From positions 1 to 38,148 of the forward strand of contig JAGTQS010000003.1 of the NCBI GenBank assembly GCA_018397055.1: a DNA stretch of 38,148 bases, read 5' to 3'. The notes beneath the pieces are model-generated. The model was not told the DNA's origin, did no database searches, and saw only the letters and a program-made list of their open reading frames with translations. Below are positions 18,047 through 25,071 of the stretch, in pieces. A program made the position numbers and the translations under genes. Each line of letters starts with the position of its first letter. Position 1 is the stretch's first letter. The DNA comes from Candidatus Bathyarchaeota archaeon (GTDB lineage Archaea; Thermoproteota; Bathyarchaeia; Bathyarchaeales; DTEX01).

Positions 18047-18148
18047 CGAAAAAATTTGTAATAGATTTAAGAGATTTGGGTAAAAACAAAAAAATTGTTT
18101 ATTGATATTAAGGGAATTCTGGTTCTTGATTAGTGGATATTGATTTTC

Positions 18149-18337
18149 TTATAATGAGTCTTGGTATTTTTCAAAGAGAAGCTCAAGAGATCTTCTTAAG
18201 GCTTCAGCTCTGCTTGAAAAGATTCTTTTTATATCAATCAATTGGTCGAGCTTTTTTAGGTAGTCCTTTGAGAGCGCTAGCTTTACAACGATTTCTTCAT
18301 AATCTTTTGTTTCTACAGGTTGTTCTGCCAAGACCAA
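18149..18337 (-). CDS. Ribbon-helix-helix (CopG/Arc/MetJ-type) small DNA-binding protein
   Basis: 62 aa. 'EIVVKLALSKDYLKKLDQLI...FSSRAEALRRSLELLF' fits a beta-strand/helix A/helix B RHH pattern. Divergent from ftsZ. Confidence 0.65.
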   Translation of the reverse strand: MVLAEQPVETKDYEEIVVKLALSKDYLKKLDQLIDIKRIFSSRAEALRRSLELLFEKYQDSL

Positions 18338-18591
18338 TTCCTCAGCAAAAACTTAGCATTTTTAGTATATAAAAGTTATTGTTTAATTCACTTTTAACTT
18401 TACTTTATGGTTTCCAAAAATCATTTCTACATCTGTATTTTTTAACTATTTTACAATACTCTAATATTCTATTATAGTATACTAATATATTTAATCTAGA
18501 TATACTCTTGGAAAGCTTTATATCTACGATTGTATAAATAAAAATCGAGCTTAAGGAAAATAAAAAATTAAGATAAAAGGAGATAAAAAAA

Positions 18592-19674
18592 ATGGAGCGA
18601 AGTATTGAAGAGATAGCTAGAGAAGCTATCCCGCAGATAGCTGTGTTAGGAATCGGTGGAGCCGGGTGTAACATCATATCATGGATGAAGGGAAAAGAAG
18701 TCTCAGGTGCAAGAGTCTATGGATTAAACAGCGACGCTCAGCACTTAAGCATTACAAAAGCTGACCAAAGGGTACTCTTAGGATACAAGGTTACTGGCGG
18801 TCTAGGATGCGGAGGTTTTCCAGAACAAGGTGCAAAAGCTGCTGAAGAAAGCTTGGAAGAAATTGAAAAACTCATCTCAGGCATGGGGCTAGTCTTCATA
18901 ACGACAGGTCTTGGCGGTGGAACAGGGACAGGCGCATCTCCCGTAGTAGCAAAATTAGCGAAAGAAATGGGTGCTTTAACATTAGCAGTAGTCACAACAC
19001 CGTTCTCAGTGGAGAGAGCTAGACTCATAAAAGCAAAGGAAGGCCTGAAGAGACTTGTTGAGGTATGCGACGCAGTAATAGTTATCGACAACAACAGGCT
19101 CAGAAAGGTCGCAGGCAACTTACCACTTTCCGAAGCTTTCGCAGTTGCTAACGAGCTGATCGCAACCTTCATAAAGAACACTGCTGAAACCATAGCTACT
19201 CCAAGCCTCGTCAACCTCGACTTCGCAGACCTGAAAGCAATCATGATGGGAAGCGGAGTTTGCGCTATGGGTGTCGGCGAAGGCCAAGGAGACACAAAAG
19301 TCGAAGATTCAGTAGAAAGAGCGCTAAACGCACAGCTACTTGACATCGGCGACATAAGGAAATCCGAAGGTGCACTGGTCCACCTCGAAGGAGGAGATGA
19401 CATGACCCTAGAGGACGTTAACAGAGCTGGAGAACTGGTCATAAGCAGAATATCTCCAACTGCAAGAGTCTCATGGGGCGCCCGCGTCAACAGCGCAATG
19501 CAAGGAACCATGCGTGCAACAGTGGTCCTAGCAGGAGTCGAAAGCCCATTCCTTGTAGGAGAACTCCCACCGCTAGGTGCGATGGCGGCTCCAGCAGGAG
19601 AGGGACAGCAAGTCGAAGTCAAGAAGGAAGCACCACCTAAGAAAGGATTCTTTGGAAAGCTCTTTAGCGAGTAA
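18592..19674 (+). CDS. ftsZ: Cell division GTPase FtsZ
   Basis: 360 aa. 'VLGIGGAGCN', tubulin signature 'GLGGGTGTGASPVVA', 'NDAQ' (SDAQ here), T7-region 'DFADLKAIM' and a short C-terminal peptide 'KKGFFGKLFSE'. Confidence 0.95.
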   Translation: MERSIEEIAREAIPQIAVLGIGGAGCNIISWMKGKEVSGARVYGLNSDAQHLSITKADQRVLLGYKVTGGLGCGGFPEQGAKAAEESLEEIEKLISGMGLVFITTGLGGGTGTGASPVVAKLAKEMGALTLAVVTTPFSVERARLIKAKEGLKRLVEVCDAVIVIDNNRLRKVAGNLPLSEAFAVANELIATFIKNTAETIATPSLVNLDFADLKAIMMGSGVCAMGVGEGQGDTKVEDSVERALNAQLLDIGDIRKSEGALVHLEGGDDMTLEDVNRAGELVISRISPTARVSWGARVNSAMQGTMRATVVLAGVESPFLVGELPPLGAMAAPAGEGQQVEVKKEAPPKKGFFGKLFSE

Positions 19675-19745
19675 ACACCTAAAACGTATAGGAGACAAGC
19701 AAAATCAACGAACCAATAACTTACATAATACTACTGTTTGCTGCT

Positions 19746-19970
19746 GTGGCGGTGCTGATAATCCTGTACATTGCTATAAAAGCCTTTAAACCTCCCACTA
19801 TGTTTTTTGCATTAGACGAATCAGTCGAGCAGCTTGTAACCAAGCTAAGCTGTCCAAAATGCCGTTCAAGAAGATTGAAGCCCATAGGGCGATACACTAT
19901 TGAGTGTGCGAGCTGTGGCTTCATATTCAGTGTAGGAATGGTAGCTAAAAAGCCAGTGATTTCAAGCTAA
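19746..19970 (+). CDS. Small zinc-ribbon protein (CPKC...CASC), possibly with an N-terminal hydrophobic segment; start uncertain
   Basis: 74-aa ORF from GTG, 71 nt downstream of ftsZ on the same strand. Followed by a T-tract (CCCTTTTTTT, about 20024..20033). An alternative ATG start gives a 56-aa soluble form. Confidence 0.5.
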   Translation: MAVLIILYIAIKAFKPPTMFFALDESVEQLVTKLSCPKCRSRRLKPIGRYTIECASCGFIFSVGMVAKKPVISS

Positions 19971-20165
19971 TACGTTGCCGAATATAGGCTGACAGCAATA
20001 TGGATCTCGGCTGATTCGTGTTCCCTTTTTTTAAAGATAAATTTTTGAAAGATTTGTTTTCATTTTCGTTTCCACAATGACTTGCAGTATAGACTTTTTG
20101 TTCATAACTATTTTAGGCATAGGTAACCGTTTTCGAAACATATTTACAATATCGCGCTATTACTC

Positions 20166-22097
20166 ATGGAAGGACTGTGGTTGTTTAGGAAACAATATGT
20201 AGTAGTCTTGAAAATTCTATTGTTACTAACATCCGTTTATGTCAACGCAGGGTTCATGCCAAGCATTACAGTAAGGGCATCAAGCACGCCAAACATCCCA
20301 TATAATCTTGGAAACTGGACTTATGTGACGAAGCCTGTTTATCCTGTAAAAATAAATGCTTCTCAGATTCCTATAGGTTGCAATTGGACGCTTGTTTATA
20401 CCCTGAGATGTGATTCATTTTACCACATTTATTTTTATGGAGATTGGATTAGTACCCTAACAGACTATGACATATATGTTTACGATCCGAATGGCAAGCT
20501 TGAAACCCTTCATACTGAGGCAGCAGGGCTTCCTGAACATTTAGGCACAACTGTCGATGATCCGTTTTTCAAGCCAAATCATTCGGGGAACTATAGTTTT
20601 CTTATTGTTAACGACCTTAAGGAAAGCCATGGAGAAGCTGCAGCGACTTTTATGCTGATTGAAAATATCGAATGTAATAGATGGCATGAACGATATATTA
20701 CTGGCAAAGTCAATTTTGAACATGTCTATAATACTACATGGGCTTACGAATTCTCAACAAACAGTAGCAGAGTTGAAGTAATAATCGACGTTCCAAACAC
20801 GCTAGACATGTATGAAGCTAGGCTTTATATTATGGCGAATCCCAGCAAAAACCTTGGAAGTCTTATGAACGGTAAACCAGTAGCTTGGGAACCTGGTCTA
20901 TATGGCATTCTCGATGCTTCAAAGATGTATGGAGGCTATAACTTAGAAGATGATGGATTTAAAATTTCACCTGCAACTGCAAGCTGCGAATACTTTGGAG
21001 ACGACATGTTCATTAACTACACATCTCCATCAAAAGGAAGCACAATCTTATATCATCTTGTTTTGATTGGTGAAAATGGAAATGGCGTATTAAAGTTTAT
21101 GATAAAGACCGACTTTAATCCCCCTGAAATCAGCATTCTGAACCAAGTTTCAACTGTTATTGAAGGAAATGAAACTATAATAACTGTAAATGTGAAAGAT
21201 CAAGATTCTTTGAAAGCAGTTTTGTTGAAATATTCAAATGACGGTTGGAGAACTGTTACCTCAGCTTCGATGAGTCACGTCGCTAATCAGACATATAGGT
21301 GTACAATTCCAGCACAACCAGCAGGAACAACAATAAATTATGTGATTTCAGCCTCAGATATAGCTGGAAACGAAGCTGAGACTCAAGGAAGCTTTAAAGT
21401 CAAAGATCAACCTAATCTAACAATCTTCTTGCATCAGAATATAATCTATGCTAATGAGAAAGTTGAGGTCTCAGGACAAATGCCAGTTCCTGGAGCTGTG
21501 ATAATGCTTAATTATACTTGCAGTGACAAAGAAGTTGTCCGATACGTAACGGTTAGCCAAAATAGCTCATTTACCGATTTATTCATGCCTGAAAAAATTG
21601 GCAATTGGACAGTCTCGGCGTATTGGCAAGGTGATGAAACCCATTTCGCGGCTTCAAGCGATCAAAAAAAGTTCGTTGTTCAGAAAGTTCCGACATCACT
21701 TAATTGTTCAATTTCTAAAGAAACAATAGATTTAGGAAGCAAAATCACAATCACAGGTAATGTTCATCCCATTAATACCGGGAAACCTATTAAGTTAGCC
21801 TTTACGATGCCTAATTCTACAGTCACCGAAAAATATACTTACGTAAATTCTGAGGGAACATTCAGTATTGAACTTACACCTCAAATGCCAGGAACTTGGA
21901 AAGTACAGGCGTACCTAGCAGGAGACAATGTGTATTTGCCTTCGACAAGCGAATCCTTACAATTTGTAGTTAATGATACGTGGTTAAATATCATAGTGTC
22001 TTTCATTTCTCAAAACCTCATATACATCGTAGCTGCAATAGGCGCAACAGTCTCCGCTGTGGGATTTTTCATATATTGGAGGAGAAGAGGAGAATAA
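20166..22097 (+). CDS. Secreted, C-terminally membrane-anchored surface (glyco)protein candidate with tandem Ig-like repeats
   Basis: 643 aa. N-terminal signal-like 'VVVLKILLLLTSVYVNAG', C-terminal TM 'LIYIVAAIGATVSAVGFFIYW' followed by 'RRRGE', and many N-x-S/T sequons. Two ~95-aa repeats end '...GNWTVSAYWQGDETHFAASS..FVV' and '...GTWKVQAYLAGDNVYLPSTS..FVV'. Confidence 0.6.
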   Translation: MEGLWLFRKQYVVVLKILLLLTSVYVNAGFMPSITVRASSTPNIPYNLGNWTYVTKPVYPVKINASQIPIGCNWTLVYTLRCDSFYHIYFYGDWISTLTDYDIYVYDPNGKLETLHTEAAGLPEHLGTTVDDPFFKPNHSGNYSFLIVNDLKESHGEAAATFMLIENIECNRWHERYITGKVNFEHVYNTTWAYEFSTNSSRVEVIIDVPNTLDMYEARLYIMANPSKNLGSLMNGKPVAWEPGLYGILDASKMYGGYNLEDDGFKISPATASCEYFGDDMFINYTSPSKGSTILYHLVLIGENGNGVLKFMIKTDFNPPEISILNQVSTVIEGNETIITVNVKDQDSLKAVLLKYSNDGWRTVTSASMSHVANQTYRCTIPAQPAGTTINYVISASDIAGNEAETQGSFKVKDQPNLTIFLHQNIIYANEKVEVSGQMPVPGAVIMLNYTCSDKEVVRYVTVSQNSSFTDLFMPEKIGNWTVSAYWQGDETHFAASSDQKKFVVQKVPTSLNCSISKETIDLGSKITITGNVHPINTGKPIKLAFTMPNSTVTEKYTYVNSEGTFSIELTPQMPGTWKVQAYLAGDNVYLPSTSESLQFVVNDTWLNIIVSFISQNLIYIVAAIGATVSAVGFFIYWRRRGE

Positions 22098-22120
22098 AAG
22101 GAAACACGCAGTTTACCGTT

Positions 22121-23932
22121 CTATTTGTATGAACCCCAGAACGGCGTTGTTTTTCTCATTATTTCGATATATTCATTTAAACAATCCAGCTCAGATTGAT
22201 CTAGTCTATCTTGAAATTTTGAGAGCAATTTTTTCACGTGGTCTTCCGAAACTTCAACATAAAGTATGTCTTCCTCTTTGAAGTGTCGACCTACGATAGG
22301 TTTATCCATTGAAATAGCAACCTGTTTCCCAACTTCAGCGGAGGAAATTGCCTCACCTTTCTCTTGAATCTGAAGTATCTCTCCCACTTCCTTCCCATCT
22401 GTGGTAATCAGTCGTACTCTGGGTTGAATTTTTCCAGCTAAAACATCAACTCCAACTATAGCCGGCTTGGCTTTCCTAAAGACATATCCTGGAAGAACCT
22501 TAACTTTGCCTGGTCTTATAAGCCTGTCAAATTCGGTTTTTTCTCGGGCTTCTTTTTCCTGCCTCATCCATTTCAAGTATTCGTCGACCAGATGATAGAT
22601 TACCTTTTCCCTGAAAACTGGAATTTTCCGATTTTCGGCCTCTTCTACAGCGTCAGGTAGAATTTTTACGTTGAAGCCTAAGATAGCTGCGTACAAAGGC
22701 TCGTTTTCTTTAACCACAACGGCTTCTGCGATGTCTCTTTTTGAAATGTCGCCAACGTCGGCTAGTCTTACAGGTATGTTTTCTCTTTGCAGATTTTCAG
22801 CTATCGCCTCTAAGGAACCTAAAGTATCCGTTTTCAGAATTACACCATCAATGTTAGTTGACACTCGAATCTTCTGTACTTCCTCCGAAACCTCATTAAC
22901 ATAGTTTGCCAGCTCGGTTCGAGAAGGTACCACATAAATGGGAGCCCCAGCTAACGCATCATCAAGATTTGGCGCAACAATTTTAACACCAGCAGCCGCA
23001 GATACCTCGTCCACAACTGAAAATTTATCTCTCGGATCCCTAATTTCGTCAAGCGGTTTAGGTAACAGAAGAGCCCGAACCGTTGTTTCAATCGGTTTTT
23101 CTTTTCCGCCTAAAACTATAGTGTCATTTTTTCGAAGAACACCGTCATAGATGATGACATTAACCGTTGTGCCAAGCCCAGTTTCTTCTTTGACCTCAAG
23201 AACAGTGCCTTTTGCAGGACCAGTTGTAGTTTGAAGCCTATTCTTAAGGAATTGTTGCGCCAAATCTTGATGATGCGTTTGTTGCGTAAGCCCTATTAAC
23301 ACAGCTATAAGCTCTGTAATACCTTCACCTGTTTTGGCGCTTGTTGGAACAATAGCTATTGTACGCGTAAAATCGCTGATCCTGTCAAACCTATCTGCTC
23401 TGAAACCAATTTCAGAGAATTTCCCAATAATATTGTACAAGTGTTCATCTACGGATTGTTGAACAAACTTATCTTGTTTCTTGTAAGATTCCATGAAAGA
23501 AAGGGTAGAGTGAGGAATCCATCCTGATATTCGGTCAACCTTGTTCGCTGCCACGACAAAAGGCGTCTTTCTAGATTTTAGGATTTCAATAGACTCGAAA
23601 GTTTGGGCTTCAAATCCCTTAACAATGTCTATAACTAAAATTGCGATGTCAGCAACTCCGCCGCCTCTTCTTCTCAAATTCGTGAAAGCCTCATGTCCCG
23701 GCGTGTCAATCACTAGAAGACCTGGGATTCGTATATCCCCGCCAATCCTTTGAAGAAGTTGACCAGCCAATTCCTTTAATGTTTCAACTGGAAAGAAGCT
23801 AGCGCCAACGTGTTGCGTCATACCCCCAGGCTCTCTTGCTTGAACATTGCTTTTTCTTATTTGATCAAGCAGTAAAGTTTTTCCTGTATCAACATGCCCG
23901 AGAACGCACACAATTGGTTGTCTCAGCGGCAT
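22121..23932 (-). CDS. infB: Translation initiation factor aIF5B (IF2-type GTPase)
   Basis: 603 aa. G1 'GHVDTGKT', G3 'DTPGHEAF', G4 'ANKVDR', and four-domain length typical of aIF5B. Confidence 0.95.
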   Translation of the reverse strand: MPLRQPIVCVLGHVDTGKTLLLDQIRKSNVQAREPGGMTQHVGASFFPVETLKELAGQLLQRIGGDIRIPGLLVIDTPGHEAFTNLRRRGGGVADIAILVIDIVKGFEAQTFESIEILKSRKTPFVVAANKVDRISGWIPHSTLSFMESYKKQDKFVQQSVDEHLYNIIGKFSEIGFRADRFDRISDFTRTIAIVPTSAKTGEGITELIAVLIGLTQQTHHQDLAQQFLKNRLQTTTGPAKGTVLEVKEETGLGTTVNVIIYDGVLRKNDTIVLGGKEKPIETTVRALLLPKPLDEIRDPRDKFSVVDEVSAAAGVKIVAPNLDDALAGAPIYVVPSRTELANYVNEVSEEVQKIRVSTNIDGVILKTDTLGSLEAIAENLQRENIPVRLADVGDISKRDIAEAVVVKENEPLYAAILGFNVKILPDAVEEAENRKIPVFREKVIYHLVDEYLKWMRQEKEAREKTEFDRLIRPGKVKVLPGYVFRKAKPAIVGVDVLAGKIQPRVRLITTDGKEVGEILQIQEKGEAISSAEVGKQVAISMDKPIVGRHFKEEDILYVEVSEDHVKKLLSKFQDRLDQSELDCLNEYIEIMRKTTPFWGSYK

Positions 23933-23966
23933 AAGGCTCTCCCCTCGTACGTTTATTTATAAATTT

Positions 23967-25058
23967 TTAGTTTGAATGCAAGCTTACTTGTAGAATCTGT
24001 TTCCAATCAACGTTTTCTTTTACTAATTTTGTTGCTTTTTTTATTCTTTCCTCGTCTGTTGGCTTAATTCTTCCAATGATTTTCTGTACCATTTGCAGGG
24101 TGGTATAAGTATCAAAGGGCACTAGAATTATGGGAATTCTAAGGTCGTCTGCTCGTGGAAAAATCTTTACGCTTGGGTACAAATTTCCTGTCAGAATCAT
24201 CGCTGAAACACCTGCCTCTAAAGCAGTAAAAATAATATCTGTCCTGTCTCCTCCAGTTATGACAAGTTCGTCCTTAGCTTTTCGGAAGTATCCAGCTGCA
24301 CTTTCAGGAGTCATTGCGCCTATAAGAACTGTCTGCACAGTTCTATTCATGCCGTCTTTGCCAGCTAGGATTTTTCCGCCAATTGCGTCTTGAATTTCCT
24401 TTACTGTGAGGGCGCTTAACGTTTTATCCTCAGGAATAATGCCTACAACGTTTATTCCGCTTTTTTCAAGTGCAGGTTTAATAACGTTTTTTGCTTTTTG
24501 CATTTTAGCAGAAGAAACCTGGTTTAAGATGACGCCTAGAATGCTGGATTTCCATTTCGAGATATAGTCTAAGGCTTGTAAAATGTTGTCTACTATGAGG
24601 TCGTTCTCGTACTTTTCGACAAGAAGTATTTTAGCACCAAAATCTGCTGCTAATTTTGGCACAGGACATCCGATAAAAGATCCAACAGATAAAGCTGGAG
24701 GGCCCTCAATCAAAACCAAATCTTTTTCTTCGGAAGCATTTTTATATGCTGTTAAAATTTTATTTGAAACCTTCTGTAAACTGACTTTAATAAACTGCTC
24801 TAGCAACATGTCTCTATGAACAACAAAGGGACAAACCTGATTTACATCAACTTCTAGATTCAAAATTTTTCTCATAGTTTCAGCGTCTTCGTCTCTTGGT
24901 TCTCCCTTTTCATTTAACGAGTACTGTAAACCTATTGGCTTAAAATACCCCACGCTTTTTCCTAAATCTTTAGTAGATATGCGCGCTAGCGCTATTGTTA
25001 TGATGCTTTTACCTGAAAGTTCTTTGGTTGATGCTATATAGATTGCTCTTTTACTCAT
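23967..25058 (-). CDS. Pta-N-terminal-like protein: BioD/CobQ-like P-loop domain plus DRTGG domain, no phosphotransacetylase catalytic domain
   Basis: 363 aa. 'IYIASTKELSGKSIITIALA' (P-loop-like) and a C-terminal 'VITGGDRTDIIFTALEAGVSAMILTG' (DRTGG motif region). 13 nt downstream of the ADP-forming acetyl-CoA synthetase gene on the same strand. Confidence 0.7.
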   Translation of the reverse strand: MSKRAIYIASTKELSGKSIITIALARISTKDLGKSVGYFKPIGLQYSLNEKGEPRDEDAETMRKILNLEVDVNQVCPFVVHRDMLLEQFIKVSLQKVSNKILTAYKNASEEKDLVLIEGPPALSVGSFIGCPVPKLAADFGAKILLVEKYENDLIVDNILQALDYISKWKSSILGVILNQVSSAKMQKAKNVIKPALEKSGINVVGIIPEDKTLSALTVKEIQDAIGGKILAGKDGMNRTVQTVLIGAMTPESAAGYFRKAKDELVITGGDRTDIIFTALEAGVSAMILTGNLYPSVKIFPRADDLRIPIILVPFDTYTTLQMVQKIIGRIKPTDEERIKKATKLVKENVDWKQILQVSLHSN

Positions 25059-25071
25059 CTTTCTCTCCTTC

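Noticed and set aside
17755-18105. 116-aa (+) and 90-aa (-) ORFs covering the GC-rich island
   Set aside because: They overlap each other on opposite strands and coincide with the stem-rich, GC-rich segment. Their composition is not protein-like, and neither has a plausible start context. A non-coding RNA explains the region better.
18738-19622. 294-aa ORF antisense to ftsZ
   Set aside because: It lies entirely inside the strongly supported ftsZ CDS. The product is a low-complexity S/P/T/A-rich string with no motif. It is a typical shadow ORF produced by the comparatively GC-rich codon usage of ftsZ.
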